DNA of 64,000 nt from Octopus sinensis (lineage: Eukaryota), in assembly GCF_006345805.1 (NCBI RefSeq), contig NC_043011.1:37770464-37834463 (forward strand), given 5' to 3'. The position numbers were made by a program, and so were the translations under genes. Positions 1 through 12,400 of this stretch are shown piece by piece. Within the stretch, counting starts at the first letter, position 1. Each line of letters begins with the position of its first letter. The notes beneath the pieces were generated by a model, which saw only the letters and a list, made by a program, of their open reading frames with translations, had not been told where the DNA came from and made no database searches.

Positions 1-720
1 TGATCAGGACATCCAGGAGTATTATAGAAGACACCTTCCAAAGTGCACGCAAGATGCTGGGCCCCGAATCGTGAAGTTGGAAAGGAAACTTCCTGCAACG
101 TAGCCAAGCTTGCGCCTGTAGTAACTAATGTTTACGGAATGAATCATCATTTTGATTCATTCATTTTATTGTTTAAACCAATATTCATTTTTTGTCCCAC
201 GAGTTGCTATATTGATTTAATTATAAATTTCACTACTTACAAAATCCAATTAAGCCATCAATTCTACAAGTTTCATTTGGTGAATGTTATTCTTGTAATT
301 CTCTTTCAACAACCTTGAGATTCACAGATTGTATTTACATACCAAATAAACATTTTAGACTAGAAGATTTTGTATATTACGTTATTTGAACAGGCAAACT
401 TAATTTTTTATTCATTTCCATTTCTCCGTTTAATTTTTCTATTTAATGGTAATATGAGGAAGAAGGTCGATTAAAAGAAGAGTGGTTTAAAGTTCAGTTC
501 CTCACCGAGGCACTTTGGCACCTGTTTCCTGTTATATTCCCGACAGGTCGACTAATATATATATATATATGATTCCTTATATTTTCTGTTCAGTACTTAC
601 GGAATGAAAAAATATATCTTTCTACTTCTTCTACGATACATGTCAAAGCTTCAAAAACAAACTTATATTTGTTACACACAAACACACACACACATACATG
701 TATATATGTATATATGTATG

Positions 721-800
<80 letters not shown>

Positions 801-928
801 ATATAGATTGTAAATTGCTAACAGATAAAAAACATACTATTTCATAGTTTACACTTCTCGTTTCGAATATCAGCGTATGAGTTTCAACGTTTTTCTTATA
901 AGACGGACAGGGGGAGTTGAATTTAATC

Positions 929-1030
929 CTGGGCAAGGTAAGATTCACTGATGACGATTAAGATGCTCTACATCAAAATCCGAAAGCATCGATTTGGCTA
1001 TATCCACCAGGGGCTTATCTCCCCTTGCCA
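929..1030 (+). ncRNA. Hammerhead-ribozyme-like motif (type I, atypical stem III) in a probable Penelope-like remnant
   Basis: CTGATGA at 948-954; bipartite stem II (GATT/AATC, then GATG/CATC around loop CTCTA); GAAA at 982-985; then GC-ATCGAT-T. The 10.1-11.1 pair is C.C and the proximal stem I is weak. Confidence 0.4.
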
Positions 1031-1177
1031 GTCATTAAAACAGTGCTTTGTGGCTTTTGATTTGTTTAGACATTCATTTGTGGCAATACTGTTACTAATG
1101 AGTACTCTGTCACTTTAGTGACGTCTATTAATTTGCCTTTACGTTGTTACATTGCTAAGAAGCCAACCATGTTCTTA

Positions 1178-1246
<69 letters not shown>

Positions 1247-1333
1247 CTTCGTAACACATTTTAGGAAAAATACACTGGAATCTTTAGTCATCTGTCAAGT
1301 CAAAACAAGATATCAATTTTTCATGGGAATTAC

Positions 1334-1371
<38 letters not shown>

Positions 1372-1442
1372 TATTATTATTATATTATTATTATTATTAT
1401 TATCATCATCACCATCAACATTATTATTATTATTATCATTAG

Positions 1443-1495
<53 letters not shown>
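1178..1495. repeat. Compound (ATT)n/(ATC)n microsatellites
   Basis: Direct reading of trinucleotide tracts. Confidence 0.95.
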
Positions 1496-1497
<2 letters not shown>

Positions 1498-1912
1498 GTT
1501 TTCATGAGGCTTAAACAACATTAACCCCGTACTTTGTTGGCAAATACACTTTACCATTCAGGACTGTTACTGTATATCTCTCGTCGAGTGACTTAAAACG
1601 AGTTGTTTTTCGCTATGCTACATCAATGAGTGTGTGAGGGCTACAGAACACATAGTGTTTGCGAGTGGAGAAAACTTTCATTAACATCCAGTGATTTTCT
1701 CACATTGAGGACGGGTAACCACCCAGAAATCATGGTCTGTGAGTATTACGTAAGGCTGGAGATGGAGATGAAAGCAATGACCTCCCTTGCAAACACTATA
1801 CCGACACAGACTGTATGTCGATAGCCAGCTGGAAAAGATGATTTCCTGACTTAAACAACAGTAACATCGTCCTTTAAAAGACCGCCTCATTTTATTGGCA
1901 AGGAAACTTTAC

Positions 1913-2006
<94 letters not shown>

Positions 2007-2040
2007 GTGTGTGTGTGTGAGTGTGTGTGTGTGCGCGTGT
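1913..2040. repeat. (TA)n-(GT)n microsatellite
   Basis: Direct reading. Confidence 0.95.
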
Positions 2041-2697
2041 GGTGCGTTGTTAAATTGTCGCCATGTATATTTTTATTCTCGCATCTGGATTGATTGCTTT
2101 TGATTTTGTCGACTACACAGTATAGTAGGGCCAGTTGGGCACCGTCTGTGAAATAAACAGCACCATGACGCAATCCACTCTGCCAGAAATTTGGAAGCTA
2201 CATACTGCTCAATCTGGTATTCGCGCCGGAATCTACGATATGAATATTTCCAGAATGTTTGGGTGTCAGTCTGTGAACAATGCAGAGTATTCTGCACACA
2301 AGCAGGAGAGCCTAGTCATGGCTGTCAAACAATTTCTGTGACCACATCATCCCTAACATCTGTGCACCTAACTTCCCAGACTGCAACTCTCTTGATTATT
2401 ATTTGTGGCCGAGAGACCAGCAAAACACCTTGTAACATCAAAGATGAACTGAAGGCAAGCGCTGTGGCAGCATTCACCAGCTTCAACAAGGGGACCGTTC
2501 AGAAGAATTACAGAAGATTCCGAAGTTGTCTGGGGGAAATTATTGAAGCCAATGGCAATTGTATTGAATAAATTTACTCTCTAGTATTTCAAGATATTTT
2601 ATGTAATTTTGGTAACTATATTTGTTAAAATGAGATGTGAGTGTTATTTTCAATTTTGCTTTATGTACGCGACAATTTATTCGCCGCATCTTGCATA
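2035..2697 (+). mobile_element. Internally deleted, degenerate Tc1/mariner-superfamily DNA transposon
   Basis: Imperfect TIRs GTGCGTTGTTAAATTGTCGC (~2042-2061) and GCGACAATTTATTCGCCGCATC (2669-2690). Frameshifted transposase C-terminus SWLSNNFCDHIIPNICAPNFPDCNSLDYYLW resembles the WPPNSPDLNPLDY motif, followed by KDELKA...RRFRSCLGEIIEANGNCIE* ending at 2571. Confidence 0.8.
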
Positions 2698-3574
2698 TAC
2701 ATATAATATTTATAATTATGCGTGTAAATATCCTTTTGATCGTTTTTGCCCCCATAACCGCTTGAGGTCAGTGGATGGTCTGTTTACGTCCTCGAAATTT
2801 ACCAGTCCGGCAAGAGCATCTGATAGAATAAAAATTTGATCTTTTGAAAACATCCGGAGTATGGAGCGATTTGTTCTACTAGCTCCTTCACGCTTGTCGT
2901 GAATGACTCAATCAATGACAGGAATAAAACGTTTAAAGATCCTTTTAATAATTCACATTCATTCTCAGTTCGCTTACGTACAAACCATCTAATTTGATAG
3001 CAAAAAGTTTCCTCTTTACCATATAGTATATCGCTATCATAGCTTTCCATTTTCAACGCCCATATAGCATGTATATCTTTTTCTTTCTTCTTCACATTTT
3101 TATCCCACATGTGGGATATAATATAATCGTTTATAGTGATTCTGTATTTCAATGTCTTCATTTTCTCACACGTGTATTTAATCTAATATCATATTTTGAA
3201 TTTATTCCATTTTCACATTTCATAATTTAGTTTTTTTCAGCTAATACCAAATATATCTCACTTTCAACTAGTTTCTTACTTGTATACATATTACTAACAT
3301 GGGCGAATCCTTTAAAATCACAATTTTCCATTAAGATATGCACGTTCTGTATTCAAAAATTTGTTCATCTGAAGTATTATAAGGATTCTTTGCACAACTG
3401 AAAAAAGCATTCTCTTACACAATAAAGCAATTGTTTAAATGTCGCCACTAACATTAGAGCTTGATGTACGTATGCGTTAGTGGTGTGTGGTTTGTGTGCA
3501 TGCGTCCATATGCGTGCACGTATGCATGGGCTTTGTATGTGTGTGATTAGATACATACTTTCAGTATTTAGTAA

Positions 3575-3613
3575 AGAAATGATGATGATAATAATAATAA
3601 TGATAATAATAAT

Positions 3614-3661
<48 letters not shown>

Positions 3662-3678
3662 AATAATAATAATAATTC
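3575..3678. repeat. Compound (GAT)/(AAT)/(AAC)n microsatellite
   Basis: Direct reading. Confidence 0.95.
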
Positions 3679-4210
3679 CCGTCTTCATTCTTGATAAGTA
3701 TAAGGTATACAGCTATCGAAACTGTAATGATATCTACAAAAAAAAAAACACTGCAATATAAACTATACCAAATTATGTTCTCACCTGCCTAGCTTCGGTA
3801 CCCCAACGTTTAGTTCCGGGTAAAATATAGGAGGTCTTTCTTTCGAACCGTGTACATGTGATGATCATTGTAAAAGGTTTAACAATTATAATAGTATCAC
3901 TTAAACTACGTTATCTCGATAATATCCACAGCCTCTCTGTTCCCTGGGATGATCTTAACAATCTCTCTGAAGCTTTAAAGTATCTACGAATCGCCGTCTG
4001 TGCATAATAATGTGCAGGAAAATTTAAAGCTGCTTGTTTCATCAAAAGGTATAGTCAACCTCGACGGAGTTTGAACTCAGGCCATAAAGAGGGGCGAAAT
4101 GCGTCTAAGCATTTTGTTATCCGTGCTGATGCTTCTACCAGATAACCACCTTATATACAAAGTTAATATAAGCAATAAAACACAGAGCTTAATGAAATGT
4201 ATGAATAGAA

Positions 4211-4629
4211 GGCGCAGGAGTGGCTGTGTAGTAAGTAGCTTGCTTACCAACCACATGGTTCCGGGTTCAGTCCCACTGCGTGGCAACTTGGGCATGTGTC
4301 TTCTACTATAGCCTCGGGTCGACCAAAGTCTTGTGAGCGGATTTGGTAGACGGAAACTCAAAGAAGCCCGTCGTATATATGTATATATATATGTATATAT
4401 ATATGTATGTATGTTTGTATGTCTGTGTTTGTTCCCCCAACATAAACTGACAACTGATGCTGGTGTGTTTACATCCCCGCAACTTAGCGGTTCGGCAAAA
4501 CAGACCGATAGAATAAGTACTAGGCTTACAAAGAATAAGTCCTGGGGTCGATTTGCTCGACTAAAAGACGGTGCTCCAGCATGGCCGCAGTCAAATGACT
4601 GAAACAAGTAAAAAAGAGTAAAAGAGTAT
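4211..4629 (+). mobile_element. tRNA-headed SINE, family 1 (internal TA/TATG tract, CR1-like 3' tail)
   Basis: A-box-like TGGCTGTGTAGTAA and B-box-like GGTTCAGTCCC. Tail CGGTGCTCCAGCATGGCCGCAG...GAAACAAG with AAAAGAGTA repeats. Homologous copies lie at 23.6, 26.9, 60.8 and 61.4 kb. Confidence 0.85.
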
Positions 4630-4759
4630 ATCTAAGAATCACAATCATGAATCCAGAATCATATCTGGAGTATTGACAGTGTCAAATATTATCTTTAATT
4701 TCAACGTATACAACAACAGCTTCAAATACGTTTTCCCACGTAGCTCTTTTAATATGCTT

Positions 4760-4900
4760 ATATTCATTTATGTATGTTTGTATGTATGTTTGTATGTATG
4801 TTTGTATGTATGTTTGTATGTATGTATGTATGTATGTATGTATGTTTGTATGTTTGTATGTATGTATGTATGTATGTATGCATGTATGTATGTATGTGTG
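4760..4900. repeat. (TATG)n/(TTTGTATG)n microsatellite
   Basis: Direct reading. Confidence 0.95.
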
Positions 4901-5078
4901 CATATATTTATACATACATATATAATGGGAAAATTGTACACAATCTATAAACGATGATGACTAAAGCACCGACAGAGTTTCCATTACCTGTTCTTATCCG
5001 TAGATTTACTGCAGGGACATCGTAGGTGTAGTTGAGGTAACAATATTAATGAAATTGGAGATTGAATGTGCAACAGAC

Positions 5079-5137
5079 TTTATTGGGTACAACGCGTGTT
5101 TTCGCCTGTTCTGGGTCTCTTCAGGTACATCAATAAA
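5079..5137 (-). ncRNA. Hammerhead-ribozyme-like motif (type I, atypical stem III)
   Basis: Minus strand: TTTATTG-AT-GTAC | CTGAAGA | GACCCAGAACAGGC | GAAA | AC-ACGCGT-T | GTAC-C-CAATAAA. Stem I is 4+7 bp; stem II is weak. Confidence 0.45.
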
Positions 5138-5489
5138 ATGTCTCACTAGTGATTTCTTAATTCGGCTTACGTCCCGCTATATGTACATCAAATTGGAGAA
5201 TCAGTAAAATCAGAGGAAAATTATTGAAGCGCAAAAAATTCAAATATGAACGTGGAGAGTATACATTCTAGCTTAGAGAAAATGACGTAATCAGCTTTCG
5301 CTGTTGTAACTGTTAAGAGAAAGGAAAGGAAGTAGAATGTGAAAGGAAGATAATGCTTAGACAATGTTTGTGTGTGTGTGTGTGTGTGTGTGCGTGTGTG
5401 TTGTGCGTATGAAATTATGAATTTAGTTCACGTACCCCAATGCTACCTTTGCGGACCTCTAAGGGTCCGCGAACCCCAGGTTCGAAACC

Positions 5490-7190
5490 ACTAATTTATA
5501 ATATGCAATGTTTTCTTAAGAATTGACTTGTGTGAAGTATTGTATCCATTAAATGTTGTAAAATCCCTCCCGACGACACAGAAAGAGTAAAAAACAAATG
5601 CTTTGAACTTTAAGCAGTTTAATTGCGTTACACTGTTTACATTCCTAAAGAGCATTGTTTAGTAAAATCTATAAACATATCTGGAAAGTAAACAGTTAGA
5701 AATGAAATTGAACTTTGTCAGATCTTAACTGATTGAAATGAGGTTCAACGAGAAAATTTGAATATATTTCTGGACAATAAATGTGTTTGAAATATGCGAT
5801 TTATTGAGGATAGTGTACCATATAAGCTGACAGAATTACTAAAGTTTAAGCTGTTTGTCATAGGATTTCCTAAAGATATAAATATTTGGTGAGATGCTAA
5901 AATGGTAGAAACGTAATATTTTGATAAATACAACCTACCACGAAAATAGCACTGTTCAAAATGTATATTCCAGAAAAAAATGCTTGAAAACTAATTTGGA
6001 CTAATACAAAAACATTTCTAAAAGGTTAAATTATATGACATCTGTGTAGGTTTCCTAAAGTATACAAAAATATACCCGAAGTCTAAACTACTTGAATCGT
6101 GACGTTAAAAAAGTAACGGAATAATACAGAAATAAGTTAAAACGGAAACATATCCGTTGAATAAATTGCTTGAATTGTCGTTATTCTACTGAAAAACGAA
6201 TTTTATTGATATGTCTGCGCTTTACTTTAAAAGAAAATCTGTTGAACTATTGTTTTCGTAAAAAAAATAGCAACACATACGGAAGTAAAAGTTTTTTTCG
6301 AAATAGCGATGTGTCTCTCTGCACGTATAAATATTTTAAATACTAGTTAACAAAGACAAATTCATCTCTGCAAAATAACAGTTTTGAAACGTAGAAATAT
6401 CTGTGGTTTGTAAACTCTTTGTTAATATATTTTATAGAGAAAGCGGAAACATGTCTGGAACTAAATTGTTTAAATTTTGTATTTCATGAAAATATACCAG
6501 ACGTTAAATCACCGGAAAGGAGTGTGCTTCATCAAAATATAATAAAACAAATATCGCAAAAGGCAAATACAGTTTGAAATGGGTTTTACTAAAATATGAT
6601 AATTGACGTGTATGGGTATTAACTATTTTATTTGAAATAGTTTAATATCCATTTGATGTTCGGAATTTAGCCTGTTTCAAATTATAATATTTACTGGAAA
6701 GCATACATCTCTGGAACACTTTAAAATATTTGTTTTATTTAAACAGTGATAACGCTATACAAAACAAAAAGTACTTGTGTTTTGACGTTTTACTAAAATT
6801 TACAAACATTTCTGGAAAATAAAATACTTGAAATCCGCAATGCCACACTGTTTTTCTGGATTTTATATAAATTCAGTTTTTCTTTATATATATTCAGTAT
6901 TTTCAGTTTTATTGCAAAAAAGAACAGGTCTAGAGAGTGAGGAGCTTTAAATCTTGTAGTAGTAGATTCCGAAAATACAGAATTATTTCGGCAGACCAAA
7001 TCAATTGAAATGTGTTTTACAAAAGCAAAAACGAAAAACAAAAAAATTGCACTCCTTGAAATATCGATTTTATTATAAGCAGAATTATCTCTAAGGCTTA
7101 AACTTCTTGAAATGTTGTATGTTGCTAAATATTAGAAATATTTCTGGACATTAAATTATCAGAAGTATGTGGGTCTTACATAAAACACTA
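5490..7190. repeat. Highly diverged ~45-55 bp tandem-like repeat (approximate consensus AAACATATCTGGAACTAAATTGTTTGAAATATTGT)
   Basis: Recurrent variants near 5675, 5763, 6158, 6360, 6447, 6690, 6805, 7085 and 7138, resuming at 8090-8400. Consensus derived by eye. Confidence 0.45.
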
Positions 7191-7199
7191 ATCCTTAAA

Positions 7200-7375
7200 T
7201 TTTGGCAACAAGGCTAACAATTTTGGTGAAGGGGTAAGTCGGTTACATCGACCCCAGTTATCAACTAGAACTTGTTTTATCTACCCTGAAGGAATGACAG
7301 ATTAAGTCGATTTCGTCGAAATTTAAACTCCGAACGAAATGTTGCGTCCGTATTTACTATTCTGACAGCTGACTT
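7200..7375 (-). mobile_element. SINE family 2, degenerate copy
   Basis: Reverse complement resembles the GAGTTCAAATT...CGAC...TCATCCTTTCGGGGTCGATAAA core shared by many copies in the window. Confidence 0.7.
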
Positions 7376-7419
7376 CCTTCTATAGTACACTGATATTTTT
7401 GTAACTCTAAACTGTTAAA

Positions 7420-7655
7420 GTGGAGGCGCTTTGCTTAGTGTTTAGGGTGTGGAACTCATGATCGTAAGATTGTGGTTTCGATTCCTGGACCGGGCGACGC
7501 GTTGTGTTCTTCAGCAAAACACCTCATTTCACTTTGCTCCAGTCCACTCAGACTGCAAAAATGAGTAATCCTGCGACGGACCGGCGTCCCGCCCAGGTGG
7601 GGAATTTCTAAGCCACGGAAACATTATAAGCCTGTCATGACTCGAGAAGGAACAT
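7420..7655 (+). mobile_element. tRNA-headed SINE related to family 3
   Basis: GTGGAGGCGC...GCTTAGTG head with GTTTCGATTCC B box. The 3' part (CCTGCGACGGACCGGCGTCC...CTCGAGAAGGAAC) is shared with family 3. Confidence 0.75.
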
Positions 7656-7660
7656 TTATA

Positions 7661-7970
7661 GTGGAGGCACATGGCCTATTTGTTATAGCAGCGGACTCGC
7701 GGTCGAGGGATCGCGGGTTCGAATCTCAAACCGGGATATATGTGTGTTTATGAGCGAAACACCTAAGCTCCAAGCGGCTCCGGCAGAAGGTAATGGCGAA
7801 CTTCTGCTGACTCTTTCGCCACAATTTTCTCTCACTCTTTCCTCCTGCATCTTGCAGCTGACCTGCGATGGACCAGCGTCGCCTCCAGGGGATAAGTCTA
7901 TACGCCAAGGAAACCGGGAAACCGGCCCTATGAGCCAGGCGTGGCTGGAGAAGGAACAAACAACAACAAC
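7661..7970 (+). mobile_element. tRNA-headed SINE, family 3
   Basis: TGGCCTA.TTG A box, GGTTCGAATC B box, body and (AAC)n tail. Closely similar to 42549-42825. Confidence 0.85.
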
Positions 7971-8424
7971 TAACTCTTAAAAGTATGTATAAAAGAGCCA
8001 TGTTCATGTACATATATCTGTGTGTGTGTGTGTCTGTGTGTGTGTGTGTATGTGTGTGTGTGTGTGAGTGTGCAAAAGTATTCCCTTTAAATATAATCAA
8101 AACATTTTACTGGGACAAACACTTGAATGTGTTTGTGTCTTACTAAAAGTTAAAACGTTTTACAGCTCTGAAAAGAAAATGCATCTTAAAATATTGGTAA
8201 AAAGAAGAACAATCTGTCTGAACTAAATTCTTGAAGTAAGAATTAGAAACACCTACGTAGGCTAAATTATCTAAAATATTGTTTTTCGACAAGAGCAACA
8301 AAAGATTAATTGGAAACAGAGAAACAGAAATTTCGGAGGACTCGGAGCAACGTTTGTGACTCTAGAAGCAAAATTGTTTTAAATATTCTTTTCTACTCTC
8401 AGAAAAAGGCTCGAAATTGATGGT

Positions 8425-8785
8425 GATGGAGATCAGTCGATTAGATCGAACTAGTACGTAACTGGTAGTTAATTTATTGACCCCGAAAGGATGAAGGGCA
8501 AAATAGACCTCGGCGGAATTTGAACTCAGAACGTAAAGCCAAACGAAATACCTATTTTTTTACTAGCCAAAAGGGGCTAAACACAGAGAGGACAAACAAG
8601 GACAGACAAACGGATTAAGTCGATTATATCAGCCCCGGTGCGTAACTGTTACTTATTTAATCGACCCCGAAAGGATGAAAGGCAAAGTCGACTTCCGCGG
8701 AATTTGAACTCAGAACGTAACGGCAGACGAAAAAAACCACTAAGCATTTTGCCCGGAGTGCTAACGTTTCTGCCAGGTCGCCGCC
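8425..8785 (-). mobile_element. SINE family 2, partially dimeric copy
   Basis: Two successive cores GACCCCGAAAGGATGAA.GGCAAA...GAATTTGAACTCAGAACGTAA. The head ends at GCCAGGTCGCCGCC. Confidence 0.85.
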
Positions 8786-10184
8786 ATAAAATTATTTTAA
8801 ATATTGAATTAACTAATACAAGAATATCAAGAAACGTGGATTTGAAGAGTTTGAGATAAGCATTATTGAAACTTAAACAGTTCGAATATTAATTTCTACA
8901 AAATAATAAGAAATTGAAATGAGATGTAGTAACCAAATAATTGCTAGGGTTAACTGTATAAAACTGTTTTCCAACGGCATTTATCTGAATCATGTCAGCA
9001 TAACAATATAACAAACTAGCCGTATTTCACATTAGTCTGGAGTCCTGTATACAACAACTGTTCTACAGTGGACCATTAAGAGTTAAATGTTTTATCCAGA
9101 ATTATTTTTTATTATGCTCTATTAGATGTGAACCACCAAGCCTTCTGATGCACAGGACGTTGACTTCATGACATTACGACGCAGCTACTGGCTTGAATAA
9201 TAAACTTGTTTCAATTAGTTATCAATATTTTAGTCGTGATATATGGGATTGTTGAATAGCTTGTTGAAAACTACTCTGTTCTTGTTGATGTAGTTGTCGC
9301 AATGTTACACGTCAGTAATAACAATACTACAAATAATGTTATTTTAAAAATCAAACTACTGCTAACAAAATAAAACTAGATGTTAAATACAAGAAGTAAT
9401 TAAATCATCAATTAAACTAATACCAAATGCACTTTGGAATGTTTTAATTATGAATGGAGTGATTCTGTAGAGAAACAATAATGATGATGCTGATTATGAT
9501 GATGACGATCATTCTGCAAAATACAATACGAAAGATACAAGCTAACAGCCATCAAATATAAAACGAAAACAAAACGCAACAATAAATGCATCAAAAATAA
9601 GAACTATCACAGAGATTACCAAAGTTTTCCTCAATTTAATTTTACATTAGTTTGTAAAGTAATTTTGAAAACATTACAAAAAGAATTCCATAAAATTTAA
9701 CCATAAAGACTATTAATACATCCACCTCTCTCCGTCTCTCTCTTCCTTGTCCTCTCTCTCGCTCTCTGTTACTCGTGTCTTCATTATCATATTCTGTTAA
9801 TCATTCGCACACGGATACACACCCTTCTAATAATTCCATTCATATTCTATCTCCAGCAATTTGTTTTCATTTTTGTTTTTACATTTATATTATCGTTTTC
9901 CTAATGTGAAGCTACATACTGAAGAAGAGAATTAAAACAAATTCTCAAAGAGGAACGAAGAAAAACGATAGATAACGTATACAAAGCACTCTTCAATAAA
10001 CCTAGTTCAACTCAGAAAAAATATGTGTGTATTGATATTGGTTATCACTGAGAAGACGAAATGAATAAAGTAAATATGAAAAACTTAGGTAAAAAAAACT
10101 ACTTAAATTACAACATATTTTGAAGAATGTTTCAAGTAATTTAAGCGAATTGATGCTATGGTAGTAATTATTTCAGTATTCTCA

Positions 10185-10471
10185 GAAATTAAAAGGGTTT
10201 GAGAAACTTTCAAAATACAAAGATCTGGAAATAGAGGTAACACAAATGTGGAATCTAAAAACAGAAATACTGTCTATCATAATAGTTGCATTAGGTATTT
10301 AAAAAAATATTCAGAGAAATACATAACAAAAACACCAAGGCTAACAAATATGTATAACATGCGGGAAATAGCACTACAAGGCACCGCACACATAATAAGT
10401 AACACATTTTCAATACAGTGAAAATAATGCGCTCGGTAGTGCAGTGAAGGCACGTGATTAAAATAAGACTA

Positions 10472-10532
<61 letters not shown>

Positions 10533-10540
10533 TAATAATG
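10185..10540 (+). mobile_element. R4/Dong-clade non-LTR retrotransposon, 3' fragment with (AAT)n tail
   Basis: Translates to EKLSKYKDLEIEVTQMWNLKTEILSIIIVALG...IALQGTAHII, an RLE-domain C-terminus homologous to 47804-48103, followed by a short 3'UTR and (AAT)n. Confidence 0.8.
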
Positions 10541-10624
10541 AAAAAAGGTAGAGGAAGAAGAAGAAGAAGAAGAAGTAGGAGAAGAAGAAAAAGAAAAAGA
10601 AGAATGATAATATCAATGATGATG

Positions 10625-12400
10625 ATGATGATGATGATGATGATAATACGTTCCCTATTGGCCACAGGGCCCACACAAAATCAAAAGGATATTACGCAAA
10701 ATGAACAAGGGACGGAGGATTTAGACGATGCACATAAATTGTAAATAAGCAAAAGTAAGTAACAATCGAATTTCAACAAATATATTCCCCATTTGGGGGG
10801 AAAATCCAAAGAGGTGCGTCCAAGGAAGCTCTACACACGATGGGAACCCGATCACACAGGATGCCGCATGCATGCACCCCTGTTGTCTTCACCCTCCCCA
10901 GCCTACAAGCGCATACTTAGTGTAGGCCCATTAACACGGGCCATCCTGGCCGCATTCATCCACCTTTCAACGAAATTACTGGGTGACAGCTCCTCCCTCT
11001 CCACCCTCACCTTCATTTTCAGGTCGAACCTGAAAATGTTAACGAGTCTTTGGCCGCAGAGGAACGATTCTATCTAGAACTCTTTCACACGCGTCCACCA
11101 CACAACCTCTTTCGCCATAGCCACCAGAAAGAGAAAAACTGCCTGACCTTCCTAGCCAAAGGAAGGTGGCGGGGTATCTTCATGATGGAATCAGACGAGA
11201 GTCGGATCCGTCCCTCATGCAACACCGACTATTCGGCAAAGCTCATCAAGCCAGTAATACCCGGGCACTGTAAAAGTACGTGCAGGATGGTTTCATTGCT
11301 CTGCGCGCCTCTCGGACAGGACCGACGGACCACATTTCCGTGTCTGTAGAGCTTGTCTCAAACTGGTAGAGGTCCCCACCCCGTAGCAAAGCTAGGCCAG
11401 GGATTTCAGGAAATTATCCATGGACTTTAACGTTCTCCAGAAACGACCAGCCAACTGATCATCTGCAACGCCCAGAAATACCCCCAGAACGTCGTCACAC
11501 TTACTCTCCACCAATACCCTATAGAACTTCATTGTGGGGCTTCCACCGACCGCATCACCCGACTGGCTTAGAAATATGAGCACTTAAAAATACTCTAAAT
11601 ATCAAACGCCCTGTCTCGGTCTACGCTTGATCCTGAACTGTCCCTCCGTCAAAGAGACGAGCAGCGGGGAAGCGCGTTTAACAAACGGCGACCACATCTG
11701 TTCACCAATAAACTATTGCTGGAGATATTGCAGCCTTAGCGCATGACTGCGCATCATTATCCACGGAGTCCCCAGAACTCCACACAGCAGATGCTGAGAG
11801 CAAATGGATCATCTGACAAGCGGAACCTGTCCTTTCCACAGAAAGTGGAAGAGCAAGCTATCCAGCTTAATCAACCACGAAGCAGGGCACCGAAAGACGG
11901 TCAGGCGGTAATAGATGTACGTATTTTCTAGCTCCATCCGACTTTTCATGGACAGTTTTCTCACGCCCCACTTCTGGATAAGATTGACCGCCGTGCTTGT
12001 GACCTTCTTCGAAGTTCTTGTCCACTTGGAGATTTAGACAAAACCAGACACCGAGCAGTTTAACCGATTCTTCTGTCCAGCCTCCAACTACACTGTCGGT
12101 TGGCATGGACCTGGCCCACCAGGTGCCGAGCTGTAGGCCTACTGACATCTCCTGATTAATCTTTCCTCCTTTCACCCCTTCGTATTCCTTTAGTGTAATG
12201 TGAATCACCACGATTTCCGAAAAGTACCCATTAGCTTTGTCCACCGAGCATATGTCGCTATACAATGGAGCAATCCAGCCTCTGAAAACGGGAACAAAAC
12301 CAGCAGCCTTCAGGACAGCCGCCAAGTATTTATTGTCGACCTTATCAAAAGCTTTCGATTAATCTAAATTGATCCAAATTGATAATAATTGCAATTGGCA
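10625..12400 (-). mobile_element. L1/Tx1-clade LINE, 5'-truncated and decayed (RT pseudogene plus 3'UTR)
   Basis: Minus strand: SKAFDKVDNKYLAAVLKAAGF...FRGWI..LY (~12365-12280) and VKLLGVWF. The C-terminus is homologous to 63.6-64.0 kb. 3'UTR ends in a (ATC)n tail. Confidence 0.8.

Noticed and set aside
1-140. Possible LINE C-terminus at the window start
   Set aside because: Too short to assign; no diagnostic motif.
7661-7735. tRNA-like sequences here and at 4211, 7420, 42549 and ~51625
   Set aside because: A/B boxes are present but the acceptor stems are incomplete and most run into shared SINE bodies. These are SINE heads, not tRNA genes.
9917-9955. CTGAAGA followed by a GAGAATT/AATTCTC hairpin
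   Set aside because: It lacks GAAA and stems I/III.
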